Source: Nitrospirota bacterium
Lineage (GTDB): Bacteria > Nitrospirota > Thermodesulfovibrionia > UBA6902 > DSMQ01
NCBI GenBank assembly: GCA_016212185.1
Contig: JACRGX010000061.1
Location: 4,333 to 68,332 of the forward strand
DNA length: 64,000 nucleotides
Direction of reading: 5' to 3'
Both the position numbers and the translations under genes were made by a program. The notes beneath the pieces were generated by a model. The model saw nothing but the letters and a program-made list of their open reading frames with translations, was not told the DNA's origin and did no database searches. The number at the start of each line of letters is the position of its first letter. Positions within the stretch are counted from its first letter, which is position 1. Shown one piece after another: positions 1 through 10,093 of this stretch.

Positions 1-25
1 ATTTCATTTGCCCGAAGGCTGTTGA

Positions 26-616
26 ATGCAGGGATTAGCATGGGTCGGTTCGACCCTATATGGTGGCAGCGGGTCAACGGGCAATTTATATGCAATTGAT
101 CCGGGTAGTAGTTTGAGTTATATTGGCAGCGGCAGCTACGGTATCGGGGCTTTAGCATATGACGGAAGCACTTTGTATGGAGGTGGAGGTGCATTCTTTA
201 CAGTAAATCCCAGTAACGGCTCTCAAACTCTTATTAAATCAGGGGTGTATATTGAAGCAATGGAGTATTATAATGGGACCCTTTACGGAGGAAACGGGTC
301 AGGTCAATTTTTCACGATAGACACATCTACAGGCAATATAAGTAACATTGGTCCCGGCACATACGGAATTAACGGTCTGGCAGTGAGTAATGGTATAATG
401 TATGGCGCTAACAGCACTGCGCTTTTTAGTATTGACTTGACTACCGGAACTCAAACTTATATTGGTGATACTGGAATTGGCTTTGTGGGTGCGTTGGCTG
501 GTCCAATGGCACCCGAACCCATAAGCTCCATCCTTTTTCTCACCGGCAGTGCAGTACTGGCAGGCAGAGGCTATCTAAAAAAGAGGGGATTTAAGAAAGG
601 TAAAGTTAAAGGTTAA
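26..616 (+). CDS. PEP-CTERM domain protein with Gly/Tyr-rich beta-repeats (no N-terminal signal peptide; possibly a fragment)
   Basis: C-terminus reads PEP then a hydrophobic helix (ISSILFLTGSAVLAG) then an RGYLKKRGFKKGK basic tail, the PEP-CTERM architecture. The body has ~45-aa repeats containing STLYGG. An in-frame stop lies immediately upstream of the ATG at 26. Confidence 0.5.
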   Translation: MQGLAWVGSTLYGGSGSTGNLYAIDPGSSLSYIGSGSYGIGALAYDGSTLYGGGGAFFTVNPSNGSQTLIKSGVYIEAMEYYNGTLYGGNGSGQFFTIDTSTGNISNIGPGTYGINGLAVSNGIMYGANSTALFSIDLTTGTQTYIGDTGIGFVGALAGPMAPEPISSILFLTGSAVLAGRGYLKKRGFKKGKVKG

Positions 617-778
617 ACAGTGAAGGACGGCTGTTACCCTGATGATTCAGAGTGACAGGCGTTTTTGTTATGTTATAGTGTTTTGCCCGACATTTTCAGA
701 ACAACTATTAATTAAGTATACTTTTTCAGGAAGATTTTGCCCACTCACATCCGCGAAGACCGTAAATTTTCAACACAG

Positions 779-1306
779 TTAAAACTCGATTCCCCTTCGT
801 GCCTTTATGCCGTTATTGTACGGGTGCTTAATCATGCGCATCTCGGTTACATAATCTGCAATTTTTATTAATCCCTCCGGCGCCTTTCTGCCTGTAAATA
901 CGAGTTCAAGTCCGGCAGGTTTTTCTTTAATAATTGCTCTGACATCATCCATATCTGCAAGCCTGCCGCTGAGGAGATTATTAAACTCATCCAGAATAAT
1001 CATGTCATAAGCATTGCTTTTTATTTCTCTTATTGTCAGCGCTATTGCTTTTTTTACGGCTTTTTTAAGCTCAGCCGGTTTTATTTGAGGGCTGAATATC
1101 GGAGATACCTGACCTTTAAACCGTACAACTTTTATTTTTAATTTTTTTGCAGCAATGATTTCCCCTGAGTCAGTTCCCCTGCCTTTGAGGAATTGCAGTA
1201 TCAGGACTTTTTTCCCGCGTCCAACCGCCCTGACTGCAAGACCCATAGCGGCAGTAGTCTTGCCCTTGCCTTCACCTGTGTAAACGTGTATTAAGCCTTT
1301 AGACAT
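779..1306 (-). CDS. cobO: cob(I)yrinic acid a,c-diamide adenosyltransferase (CobA/CobO/BtuR family)
   Basis: 175 aa. The N-terminal P-loop HVYTGEGKGKTTAAMGLAVRAVGRGKKVLILQFLKG is typical of ATP:cob(I)alamin adenosyltransferase. Confidence 0.8.
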   Translation of the reverse strand: MSKGLIHVYTGEGKGKTTAAMGLAVRAVGRGKKVLILQFLKGRGTDSGEIIAAKKLKIKVVRFKGQVSPIFSPQIKPAELKKAVKKAIALTIREIKSNAYDMIILDEFNNLLSGRLADMDDVRAIIKEKPAGLELVFTGRKAPEGLIKIADYVTEMRMIKHPYNNGIKARRGIEF

Positions 1307-1320
1307 TTCAAAATAGTTGA

Positions 1321-1345
1321 TAGTGAATAGTATTTAGTGAATAGT
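1321..1345. repeat. 25-bp direct repeat tagtgaatagtatttagtgaa[t/c]agt, left copy flanking tRNA-Gly
   Basis: Identical except one base to 1503..1527. Both copies are followed by inverted TTCACTG/CAGTGAA heptamer runs. Confidence 0.7.
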
Positions 1346-1354
1346 AAAACTCTG

Positions 1355-1376
1355 GATTCCTGCCTCCGCAGGAATG
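1355..1376 (-). terminator. 8-bp stem / 4-nt loop hairpin (attcctgc-ctcc-gcaggaat) 40 nt downstream of tRNA-Gly on the minus strand
   Basis: A perfect inverted repeat is seen directly. It is followed on the minus strand by AGAGTTTTA. A related hairpin occurs at 4350..4375 after secA. Confidence 0.3.
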
Positions 1377-1415
1377 ACCTCACTGTTCACTGACAACTGT
1401 TCACTGTTTTTAAAG

Positions 1416-1487
<72 letters not shown>

Positions 1488-1502
1488 GTTAAAGACAGTT
1501 AT

Positions 1503-1527
1503 TAGTGAATAGTATTTAGTGAACAGT
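1503..1527. repeat. 25-bp direct repeat, right copy flanking tRNA-Gly
   Basis: tagtgaatagtatttagtgaacagt, matching 1321..1345. Confidence 0.7.
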
Positions 1528-1623
1528 TGTTAGTAAAGAACTATTCACTGTTTACTGTCGTTATAATTGTATTATTCTTTGCAGTATTATTTCAAGCACT
1601 GCATTTCTGTTATAATAAAAACC

Positions 1624-4296
1624 ATGTTTAATATTTTGACAAAAATAATGGGCACTAAGAACGAGCGTGAAATTAAGAGGCTCTCCTCTATCGCAGAGAC
1701 CATAAATTCTTTTGAATCATCAATTTCCTCCCTTGACGACAGCGGGCTTAAGGCTAAGACAGATGAGTTCCGCAGGAGGCTGGAGTCAGGGGAAAGCCTT
1801 GATGATATTCTGCCTGAGGCGTTTGCAGTTGTAAGAGAGGTTTCGCACAGGATTTCGGGCATGCGGCATTTTGACGTCCAGCTTATCGGGGGCATAGTAC
1901 TGCATGAAGGCAGGATAGCAGAGATGAAGACAGGAGAAGGAAAAACGCTGGTTGCAACGCTTTCTGTCTATCTTAATGCACTGGATGGTCACGGTGTTCA
2001 TGTTGTCACTGTCAACGATTATCTTGCCAAGAGAGATGTGCAGTGGATGGGTTCTATTTATCACTTTCTCGGACTTTCAGTAGGCACAATCCAGCATGAT
2101 GCGTCTTTTTTGTTTGACCCTTCCTATCATCAGCCTGACAGGAGGTTATCCGGTTTAAGGCCTGTGACAAGGAAAGAGGCATATCTGGCCGATATTACCT
2201 ATGGCACAAATAATGAATTCGGATTTGATTATCTCAGGGACAACATGAGGTATGACATAAATGATTATGTCCAGAGAGAGCTGAACTATGCGATTGTTGA
2301 CGAGGTTGACAGCATCCTTATTGACGAGGCCAGGACTCCGCTTATCATCTCAGGACCTTCTGAGGAGTCAACGGACAAATACTATAAAATTGATAAGATA
2401 ATACCTAAACTCTCAAGAGAGACCGATTACATCATAGACGAAAAACTGAAAACAGTTACCCTGACAGAGGAAGGCAATATAAAGGTTGAGAGGCTTTTGG
2501 GCGCGGGCAATTTGTATGACCCTTCCAACATAGAGCTGGTCCATCATGTCAATCAGGCATTAAGGGCGCATACCCTTTTCAGGCTGGATGTGGATTATGT
2601 TATCAAGGACAATGAGGTGATAATAGTTGATGAATTTACAGGACGCCTTATGCCGGGCAGACGCTGGTCAGACGGGCTTCATCAGGCGATTGAGGCAAAG
2701 GAAGGCGTAAAGATAGCCAGTGAAAACCAGACTCTCGCAACCATTACATTTCAGAACTATTTCAGGATGTACAAAAAACTTGCCGGAATGACGGGCACTG
2801 CCGAGACTGAGGCTGAAGAGTTTGCAAAGATTTATAACCTTGACGTGCTGGTTGCGCCGACTAATAAACCGATGATAAGGGTTGATAATCCTGATTCCGT
2901 TTATAAATCCGAGCGCGGTAAATTTAATGCGGTCATTAATGAGATTGCCGACTGCCACAAGAGGGGACAGCCTGTGCTGGTAGGCACCATATCAATAGAA
3001 AAATCAGAGGTGCTCAGCGCGATGCTCAGAAAAAAAGGAGTACCGCATTCAGTCCTGAACGCAAAGTATCATGAGAGAGAGGCTGAGATTGTTGCGCAGG
3101 CTGGACGGAGCCGGTCTGTGACAATAGCAACCAACATGGCCGGAAGGGGCACGGATATTGTGCTCGGAGGCAATCCTGAAGGCCTTGCAAGAGACATCCT
3201 CGGTGATAAAAAAGATTTTACAAACGAGGAATATGAGGCGGCGCTGAATAAGGCAAAAGAACTCTGCATGAAGGATAGGGAAAAAGTTTTATCTCTGGGC
3301 GGGCTTCATATCCTCGGCACAGAGAGGCACGAATCAAGAAGGATTGACAATCAGCTCAGGGGGCGTTCAGGCCGGCAGGGGGACCCGGGCACGTCAAGGT
3401 TTTATCTTTCACTTGAAGATGACCTGATGAGAATCTTCGGCTCAGAAAGAATTGCGGGGCTTATGGGAAGGCTCGGGATGGATGAATCCCAGCCTATTGA
3501 GCACAGGATGATTTCAAAGGCCATAGAAAATGCGCAGAAAAAAGTTGAAGCGCATAATTTTGACATCAGAAAACACCTTATTGAATATGATGATGTGATG
3601 AATAAGCAGAGGACTGAAATTTATTCTTTCAGGCGCGACATACTCGCAGGCGAAGGCTTGAAGGATAAGATTATTGAAATGTCGGAAAATGTTTTAAATG
3701 AGTTTTTAAATGCCTATTGTCCTGATGATAAGCACCCTGAGGAGTGGGATATGAAGGGGCTTAAAGAAACCCTTTACGGATACTTTTCCATAACGACGAA
3801 TGCAGAGGCGCAGACGTCTGATGAGCTTTATGAAAAACTCGTTCAGGGCATAAAACTTGCATATGAGAACAAAGAAAAAGAAATCAGCGCAGATATGTTC
3901 AGGCAGTTGGAAAGATACATACTCCTTCAGGTGGTTGACTCGCAGTGGAAAGACCATCTCCTGGGAATGGATCATTTAAAGGAGGGCATAGGTCTGAGGG
4001 GTTATGCCCAGAGAGACCCGCTTGTGGAGTACAAAAAAGAGGCGTTTGAAGTCTTTGCAGGAATGAGCGACAGGGTCGCATCTGAGGTTGTAAACAGGCT
4101 GTTTAAGGTTCAGATTGCAAGAGAAGAAAACGTGGAGAGAAAGATGGTCTTGAAACCGGCAAGGGTGCAATACGGCAGGGGAGAAGGCGGTGAAAAGCCC
4201 CAGACTGTTGTCAAGGACAGGAAAATCGGCAGGAATGACCCGTGCATCTGCGGCAGCGGTAAGAAGTACAAAAAATGCTGCGGGGTAAATGCGTAG
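1624..4296 (+). CDS. secA: preprotein translocase ATPase SecA
   Basis: Full-length SecA. The N-terminus [20 protein letters not shown], the motor domains, and a C-terminal zinc-binding tail [18 protein letters not shown] are all present. The track ORF starts at an upstream TTG at 1567; the ATG at 1624 fits the SecA N-terminus. Confidence 0.95.
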   Translation: MFNILTKIMGTKNEREIKRLSSIAETINSFESSISSLDDSGLKAKTDEFRRRLESGESLDDILPEAFAVVREVSHRISGMRHFDVQLIGGIVLHEGRIAEMKTGEGKTLVATLSVYLNALDGHGVHVVTVNDYLAKRDVQWMGSIYHFLGLSVGTIQHDASFLFDPSYHQPDRRLSGLRPVTRKEAYLADITYGTNNEFGFDYLRDNMRYDINDYVQRELNYAIVDEVDSILIDEARTPLIISGPSEESTDKYYKIDKIIPKLSRETDYIIDEKLKTVTLTEEGNIKVERLLGAGNLYDPSNIELVHHVNQALRAHTLFRLDVDYVIKDNEVIIVDEFTGRLMPGRRWSDGLHQAIEAKEGVKIASENQTLATITFQNYFRMYKKLAGMTGTAETEAEEFAKIYNLDVLVAPTNKPMIRVDNPDSVYKSERGKFNAVINEIADCHKRGQPVLVGTISIEKSEVLSAMLRKKGVPHSVLNAKYHEREAEIVAQAGRSRSVTIATNMAGRGTDIVLGGNPEGLARDILGDKKDFTNEEYEAALNKAKELCMKDREKVLSLGGLHILGTERHESRRIDNQLRGRSGRQGDPGTSRFYLSLEDDLMRIFGSERIAGLMGRLGMDESQPIEHRMISKAIENAQKKVEAHNFDIRKHLIEYDDVMNKQRTEIYSFRRDILAGEGLKDKIIEMSENVLNEFLNAYCPDDKHPEEWDMKGLKETLYGYFSITTNAEAQTSDELYEKLVQGIKLAYENKEKEISADMFRQLERYILLQVVDSQWKDHLLGMDHLKEGIGLRGYAQRDPLVEYKKEAFEVFAGMSDRVASEVVNRLFKVQIAREENVERKMVLKPARVQYGRGEGGEKPQTVVKDRKIGRNDPCICGSGKKYKKCCGVNA

Positions 4297-4349
4297 TGGC
4301 AGGGTTAAAACAGTAAAGAAAGCTATTCAACAAGGCAGGTAGTTTTTCT

Positions 4350-4375
4350 GTCATTCCCGCCTGCGCAGGAATGAC
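4350..4375 (+). terminator. REP-like hairpin gtcattcc..ggaatgac downstream of secA
   Basis: 8-bp perfect arms with extra inner pairing, 54 nt after the secA stop. No clear U-run follows, so a terminator role is weak. It is related to the hairpin at 1355..1376. Confidence 0.3.
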
Positions 4376-4449
4376 GTATAGTGGTAATTTATTAAATTTT
4401 TAGCGGACACTACTGTTTAAGAATATTTTTTCCCGGTAACGGCAGATTA

Positions 4450-4490
4450 TTGACAAATAAAATAGTAGCATATATCATATATATGACAGG
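4450..4490 (+). promoter_or_regulatory. putative sigma-70 promoter and palindromic operator upstream of the RHH antitoxin gene
   Basis: TTGACA at 4450-4455, a 17-nt spacer, then TATCAT at 4473-4478. The quasi-palindrome catatatcatatatatg overlaps the -10 element. RBS AGGAGG precedes the ATG at 4499. Confidence 0.4.
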
Positions 4491-4498
4491 AGGTATTT

Positions 4499-4729
4499 AT
4501 GAAAAGGACTACTATATTTGCGGATGCTGATTTGCTCAATGAAATCAAAGAGGTCTCAAAAGAAGAAAACAGGAGCGTGGCGGAGATTATAAGAGAGGCG
4601 ATGCTGAGTTACATTAAACGAAAGAGATTTAAGAAGAAAAGGGTGTCTTTTGTTGGTATTGGAGACAGCGGCAGGAAAGACATAGCAGGACGGCATGAGG
4701 AATTGCTTTGGAAAAAAGCTATAAAATAG
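4499..4729 (+). CDS. ribbon-helix-helix (CopG/VapB-like) antitoxin
   Basis: 76 aa. The N-terminal RHH fold pattern is TTIFADADLLNEIKEVSKEENRSVAEIIREAMLSYI. It overlaps the downstream PIN gene by 22 nt. Confidence 0.6.
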   Translation: MKRTTIFADADLLNEIKEVSKEENRSVAEIIREAMLSYIKRKRFKKKRVSFVGIGDSGRKDIAGRHEELLWKKAIK

Positions 4730-5142
4730 ATACTGCTGTTTGCGATACAGGCATTATTTATGCGCTTGCAGATAAAAAAGATTCCTGGCATAAACAAACT
4801 GTTGATTTTGTAAGCTCTTATAAAGGCAGATTGATTATTCCTTCTACGGTAATACCCGAGGCCTGTTATCTCTTAAACACATATTTAGGCTCATTTGCTG
4901 AAATAGAATTTATTAATTCATTAATCAACAAGGAACTCAGTATTGAACATTTCAGCGTTGTTGATTTAAATTGCTGCATTGAGTTATTAAAAAAATACGA
5001 AGATTTTAATATTGGATTTGTGGATGCCTCTATAATAGCAATTTCCGAGAGGTTGAATGTCTGTAAAATAGTGACAACTGACAGAAAACACTTTTCTGTG
5101 ATAAAGCCCAAGCATTGCGGCGCCTTTAGTTTGCTGCCGTGA
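4708..5142 (+). CDS. PIN-domain protein (VapC-like toxin)
   Basis: 144 aa. Acidic residues are spaced as in PIN nucleases (VCDTG..., ...DASIIAISE..., ...IVTTDRKHF). The gene is translationally coupled to the upstream RHH gene. Confidence 0.55.
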   Translation: MEKSYKIDTAVCDTGIIYALADKKDSWHKQTVDFVSSYKGRLIIPSTVIPEACYLLNTYLGSFAEIEFINSLINKELSIEHFSVVDLNCCIELLKKYEDFNIGFVDASIIAISERLNVCKIVTTDRKHFSVIKPKHCGAFSLLP

Positions 5143-5213
5143 TTGAAATGCATTTAACAAATAAAACTTTTTATTGACTCCTAATTAAAGTTTTTGAAAT
5201 TTCCAATTGACTC

Positions 5214-6794
5214 CTACAACTTCCCCAGCGTCCTAATAAGCGCCTCGGCTTTTTTGAGCGTTTCGTAATATTCCTTTTCCGGTTCGGAATCCGCCACAAT
5301 ACCGGCGCCTGCCTGCACATAGGCGATATTGTTTTTAATCACAAAGGTCCTGATGATAATGTTTAAATCCATGGTCCTGTTAAAACCGATGTATCCGAAT
5401 GAACCTGTGTAAGGTCCTCTTGCAACCGGCTCAAGCTCGTCAATTATTTCCATGCACCTTACCTTTGGGACTCCGGTAATGGTCCCTCCGGGGAATGCAG
5501 CCCTTATTGCGTCAAAGCAGTCTCTGCCTTTTGCAAGCGTGCCGCTGACATTGGAAACTATATGAATCACATGCGAGTAGTCCTCTGTCGCCATGAATTC
5601 ATCAACAAGGACCGAGCCGTAGTCGGAAATTCTGCCGAGGTCATTTCTCTCAAGGTCAATGAGCATCAGATGCTCTGCGCGTTCTTTTTCATTAAGCAGG
5701 AGTTCTGCCCGCATTTTTTTGTCGCCTCCGGCATCTGCCCCCCTTGGTCTTGTGCCTGCAATCGGTCTTGTTTCAACAGTATTCCCCTGAATCCGCAACA
5801 GTCTTTCAGGAGATGAACTTACTATGTGATAATCTCCCATGTTCAGATAACCTGCAAACGGGGATGGATTTATCTCTTTTAATTGCAGATAAATCTGCCA
5901 TGGCGTTGTATTCCCTATGTCAGCCGAGACCCTCTGCGAGAGATTTGCCTGGAAGATGTCCCCTGCCTTGATGTATTCTTTTGCTTTTCTGACAATATTC
6001 ATATATTTTTCTTTGCCCATTTCATGGTGAATCTCAATTTTTTTAAGGCGTTCAAATTGTTTAAATTGTTCAAGCTGTTCAAACGAATTTAAACTATTTG
6101 AACTAATTTTTTTATATAGCGCATTTATCTTTTCACACGCCCTGTCGTAATAACTGCCATAATCAGATTGGGGATTAGGCTTTGGGGATTGGATATTGGA
6201 CTTTTGACTGTTTGCCCCCTTGAACGATTGAACGCTTGAACTGAGTATTTGCTCCGCTCCATGGCATGAGATGATAAAAACCTTTTTATCTTTATGGTCA
6301 AAGGCAATCACGGTATCAAAGAATAAAAAGTGTGCATCAGGGATTTTAAGGTCATCAATCACGGTCTTCGGCAGGCGCTCAAAGTACTGGACAAAATCAT
6401 AACTCAGAAGACCCACTGCACCGCCGATAAAAGGAGGAAGATTTGGAGGAGAGTCAATCTTACAGCATGTGAGCAGTTCCTTTAATGTTTTAAGAGGTAC
6501 GGTGGTGTTAAATATTCTTTGTCCCTTTGTCCCTTTGTCCCTTTGCCCCTTTGTTTCTATTTCCACAACCCCGTCTTTTACTTTAAAAATTAAAAACGGC
6601 TCAATTCCGGCAAATGAATACCGCGCAATTTTTTCAGGGCCCTTTGCGCTTTCAAGCAGGAAACTGTATGGGCTTTCCAGAGTATTGTAAATTTCGTGAG
6701 GCGGCGTAAAAGGCAGTTGAGCATAAACAGGATATATTATCCCTGTTTTAGCGGCTTCTATGAAATTATTTTTGTCAGGAAGGATATTAAGCAT
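5214..6794 (-). CDS. chorismate-binding enzyme, anthranilate synthase component I family (TrpE/PabB)
   Basis: 526 aa. The C-terminal chorismate-binding domain is GTRPRG...LLLNEKERAEHLMLIDLERNDLGRI...PGGTITGVPKVRCMEIIDELE. An LLES motif (SFLLESA) near the N-terminus favours TrpE. No glutamine amidotransferase partner is adjacent. The gene carries two in-frame repeat insertions. Confidence 0.8.
   Translation of the reverse strand: MLNILPDKNNFIEAAKTGIIYPVYAQLPFTPPHEIYNTLESPYSFLLESAKGPEKIARYSFAGIEPFLIFKVKDGVVEIETKGQRDKGTKGQRIFNTTVPLKTLKELLTCCKIDSPPNLPPFIGGAVGLLSYDFVQYFERLPKTVIDDLKIPDAHFLFFDTVIAFDHKDKKVFIISCHGAEQILSSSVQSFKGANSQKSNIQSPKPNPQSDYGSYYDRACEKINALYKKISSNSLNSFEQLEQFKQFERLKKIEIHHEMGKEKYMNIVRKAKEYIKAGDIFQANLSQRVSADIGNTTPWQIYLQLKEINPSPFAGYLNMGDYHIVSSSPERLLRIQGNTVETRPIAGTRPRGADAGGDKKMRAELLLNEKERAEHLMLIDLERNDLGRISDYGSVLVDEFMATEDYSHVIHIVSNVSGTLAKGRDCFDAIRAAFPGGTITGVPKVRCMEIIDELEPVARGPYTGSFGYIGFNRTMDLNIIIRTFVIKNNIAYVQAGAGIVADSEPEKEYYETLKKAEALIRTLGKL
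6052..6110. repeat. TTGTTCAA-family degenerate tandem block, in-frame inside trpE/pabB
   Basis: ttcaaattgtttaaattgttcaagctgttcaaacgaatttaaactatttgaactaat. On the coding strand it is translated as a low-complexity EQLEQFKQFERLKKIEI segment. Confidence 0.7.
6528..6562. repeat. octanucleotide tandem repeat (TTTGTCCC)x4, in-frame inside trpE/pabB
   Basis: tttgtccctttgtccctttgtccctttgcccctttg. It encodes ETKGQRDKGTKGQR in the minus-strand reading frame. Confidence 0.8.
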
Positions 6795-7085
6795 TAAAAA
6801 TTTTTGCTCTTTCTAACAAACGATGTCATTCTCCAGTCGATGCGACTCCTTGCGGAGATCCGCTTTGGACTTGACCAGGGAATCCAGAAATTATCTCCTC
6901 ATACAAATCTTTCCTTAATCTTGTAGCCCCGTTCAGTTACCTGCTTAACTGCTTCAGGATTTATTGCCATGATTTTAATATAAATAATAGTTATTTTAGC
7001 CTGCTATTGCAAGCACGAAATAAGAAAATTAAAAATACGCCGGAAATACATTTGAATTTGTAAAATTGTTCAGACAAATATCTTT

Positions 7086-8039
7086 TTGTTTATGATAAAA
7101 TCTATCAATGGAGAATCAGTGGAAAAAATTATTCTGAAAACAGAAATGCCTGATGTGGGCGTTCCGCGGTGCGGAAAGGTGAGGGACCTTTACGACCTTG
7201 GCGAGCATCTGCTTCTTGTTGTAACCGACAGGGTTTCCGCCTTTGACGTTGTTCTGCCAAACGGCATACCCGGAAAGGGAAGGGTGCTTACGCAGATTTC
7301 CATTTACTGGTTCAGGCAGATGGAAGATATCATCAAAAACCATATAGTTGCAACTGATGTCAGGGATTTCCCTGAAAAACTCCGTAAATATCATGAGATG
7401 CTTGAAGGCAGGAGCATGCTTGTGAAAAAAGCAAACCCCATGCCTGTGGAATGTATTGTCAGGGGATATCTTTCGGGTTCCGGATGGAAGGAATATAAAG
7501 AAAAAGGCGTTGTATGCGGCATAAAACTTCCTGCCGGGCTTGTGGAATCATCCAAGCTCCCTGAACCGGTTTTTACTCCGAGCACTAAGGCGGATGAAGG
7601 GCATGACATTAATATATCTTTTAATGAAATGAAACGCATTGTCGGAGATGAGACTGCGGAAAGATTGAGGAGTGCGAGCATTAAGATTTATTCAAAGGCA
7701 AGGGATTTGGCTGAGAAAAAAGGCATAATAATTGCCGACACAAAATTTGAATTCGGCATTTACCCCGCTAAAAACTCATTGATTTCAAGCGGGGTGAACT
7801 GCGGTAAGTTAATCCTGATAGACGAACTTCTGACGCCGGATTCATCCCGCTTCTGGTCCTTAAGAGATTATGCGCCGGGCAAAGGGCAGGACAGCTTTGA
7901 CAAGCAGATTGTCAGGGATTACCTCCTCACGCTTGACTGGGATAAGAGTTATCCCGGGCCTGAACTCCCTGAGGAAATTGTTTCAAAGACGGCACAGCGA
8001 TATAAAGATATACTTAAGGTATTAGCCGCAACGGTTTAA
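7086..8039 (+). CDS. purC: phosphoribosylaminoimidazole-succinocarboxamide synthase (SAICAR synthetase)
   Basis: 317 aa. Conserved segment [43 protein letters not shown]. Confidence 0.9.
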   Translation: MFMIKSINGESVEKIILKTEMPDVGVPRCGKVRDLYDLGEHLLLVVTDRVSAFDVVLPNGIPGKGRVLTQISIYWFRQMEDIIKNHIVATDVRDFPEKLRKYHEMLEGRSMLVKKANPMPVECIVRGYLSGSGWKEYKEKGVVCGIKLPAGLVESSKLPEPVFTPSTKADEGHDINISFNEMKRIVGDETAERLRSASIKIYSKARDLAEKKGIIIADTKFEFGIYPAKNSLISSGVNCGKLILIDELLTPDSSRFWSLRDYAPGKGQDSFDKQIVRDYLLTLDWDKSYPGPELPEEIVSKTAQRYKDILKVLAATV

Positions 8040-8063
8040 TTTTAAACATTTTTAAGCAATAAA

Positions 8064-10070
8064 ATGGATAAATTTAAAAAAGCCGTTTTCCCGCTTACTG
8101 TAACGATTGCCTATTTGTTATTTATATTTTATTCCGGCTTTCTGAAGACAAAACCTGTTTTAATTCCATGGATTTCAATTTCAGGCATTATAATATTTAC
8201 AGGCTTATACCGTTATCTGAGCTACATAAAAAAAGGTTTTCCTTTCTCAGGATGGAAAAGCCTTGAACTCCTTCTGCCGCTGCTTCTTCTCATTGAGACG
8301 CTTATCAGGTTTTTCAATAAGCCGTTATTGCACCTTGCCTATATTTCGGTCATCGTTATTATTTCAGGTTACTTCCCGTTTAAAATTATTATTTCGTGCA
8401 TAGCGGCAATTTTTCTGCTGGGGATACCGTCTCAGTGGTGGAACAAGGGATATTTCTCAGAAGAAAGCGGGAGCTATTTTTTTATTCTGGTCACAGGCAT
8501 AATTTCCTACTACATTTCGCATAAAAGACTTAAGATATCAAAAAAGGCGGTTGAAGACCTTGAAAAACTGAAGAACAGCGCCCTGAATCTTGATGCATCA
8601 ACCGAAGGGTCGCTTTTTAACGAAGACAGGTTTTCCCACCTTGTTAAGTCGGTTCTTGACACAGAAAGGGATTTAAAGGAAATGCTTTTTCTTATCAAAA
8701 AAATAATTAACACTGATGCAGTCGCACTGTTTATGCTGGAGGGGGATAGTCTTGTATTAAAGGCGTCAACAGAGGATAAATATTCAAAATCCGCATATCA
8801 CGGCGAAGGGTATTTGTTAAGTGTAATAAAAGGGAAAAAATCACTTATTCAGCCAAGATTTAAATACAGCCTTTTTGACATTGAAAATACAGCATCAAAG
8901 GATGCAGGGTCTTCGCTGTGCGTGCCTGTGTTTGACGGCAGTGTTTCTGTCGGAGTGCTTGAGATGGTCAGCAACGGGGAATCGGCATTCGGCGCGCATG
9001 AAGAAGATATTGCCGCCAGTTTTGCCGGTCAGATAGGACAGACCATCGGGAAGGCAAGGAGTTATGTTGAGGTGGAGCGTTTTGCAAAGGGATTTAAATC
9101 ACTTCATGAGGCTAGCAGGTCTTTCGGCACTTCTTTAAGGGTTGAGGAGATAGCGGAAAAACTTGTGGAGCTTGTCTTTGGGATGGTGAATTCATCGGCA
9201 GTCGGTTTTTTCATTCCTGATAAGGGAGAACTCAAGGTTGTTGCAAAAGAAGGGTTTGAACCTGAGGATGAGAGCTTTTATTCAAAAGGAACTTATTTTG
9301 ATTTGATTGTCAAAAACAAGCAACCTTTGCATTTTTCCCATCTGGAGGGGAAGCGGGGAGTGTATCCGTTCAGGATTCCTGATGCAAAGACTTTTTTGGG
9401 AATTCCCATAATGTCCTCCGGCAATGATGTGTTAGGCATACTTGCCGTTATTTCACGCGAGGCAGATGCAATAAGCTCTTTTCACGGGCACTTTCTGAGC
9501 ATTATGGCTGACCAGGCTGCATTGTCCATGACCAATGCAAGGCTTCACCATGAAGTTGAAAAACTTGCCATGACAGATGGACTCACAAGGCTTTATAACC
9601 ATAAACATTTTTATGAGAGGCTCGGAGAGGAATTTCAGAGATACGAAAGGTTCCCGCAGCCGATTTCTCTGCTGGTTATGGATATTGACTATTTCAAAAA
9701 AATAAACGATGTCCACGGGCATCCTGCCGGTGATGCGGTCCTTCTCGGCCTGGCGGCGATACTTAAAAAAACACTCAGGGGCATAGATATCATAGCAAGA
9801 TACGGCGGTGAAGAATTTGCTGCGGTGCTGTTGAATACAGAGACCCCGCGCGCCAAAAAGATCGCAGAGAGGCTAAGGGTCAAAGTCATGAATACGCCTT
9901 TTGCTGTTGATGGAAACGATTTAACAATAGCCTTAAGCATTGGCGTCGCCACATATCCGCATGATGCGGAGAATAAGGAAGACCTTATCAATAAGGCGGA
10001 CCGGGCGCTTTATTACGCAAAAGACAACGGTAGAAATCAGGTATGCCTGTGGAAGGATATCGGGAAATGA
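8064..10070 (+). CDS. membrane-anchored GAF-domain diguanylate cyclase (GGDEF)
   Basis: 668 aa. Multiple N-terminal TM helices and two GAF-like regions are followed by a GGDEF domain with an intact active site RYGGEEF and the metal-binding motif LVMDIDYFKKINDVHGH. Confidence 0.85.
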   Translation: MDKFKKAVFPLTVTIAYLLFIFYSGFLKTKPVLIPWISISGIIIFTGLYRYLSYIKKGFPFSGWKSLELLLPLLLLIETLIRFFNKPLLHLAYISVIVIISGYFPFKIIISCIAAIFLLGIPSQWWNKGYFSEESGSYFFILVTGIISYYISHKRLKISKKAVEDLEKLKNSALNLDASTEGSLFNEDRFSHLVKSVLDTERDLKEMLFLIKKIINTDAVALFMLEGDSLVLKASTEDKYSKSAYHGEGYLLSVIKGKKSLIQPRFKYSLFDIENTASKDAGSSLCVPVFDGSVSVGVLEMVSNGESAFGAHEEDIAASFAGQIGQTIGKARSYVEVERFAKGFKSLHEASRSFGTSLRVEEIAEKLVELVFGMVNSSAVGFFIPDKGELKVVAKEGFEPEDESFYSKGTYFDLIVKNKQPLHFSHLEGKRGVYPFRIPDAKTFLGIPIMSSGNDVLGILAVISREADAISSFHGHFLSIMADQAALSMTNARLHHEVEKLAMTDGLTRLYNHKHFYERLGEEFQRYERFPQPISLLVMDIDYFKKINDVHGHPAGDAVLLGLAAILKKTLRGIDIIARYGGEEFAAVLLNTETPRAKKIAERLRVKVMNTPFAVDGNDLTIALSIGVATYPHDAENKEDLINKADRALYYAKDNGRNQVCLWKDIGK

Positions 10071-10093
10071 TTATTAAGCGGGGGAAGGGGAAA

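Noticed and set aside
1587-4170. Multiple antisense or overlapping track ORFs inside secA. The same applies to the similar short ORFs on the opposite strand of trpE/pabB, the GGDEF gene, the atp genes, the rSAM gene and others.
   Set aside because: They lie wholly within long, well-supported genes on the opposite strand or in alternative frames. They have no domain signatures and have the biased composition typical of shadow ORFs.
6795-7085. Possible purine or ZTP riboswitch upstream of purC
   Set aside because: I could not recognise the conserved purine-riboswitch junction motifs, or pfl/ZTP pseudoknot elements, by eye. A covariance-model scan would be needed. It is not reported as a feature.
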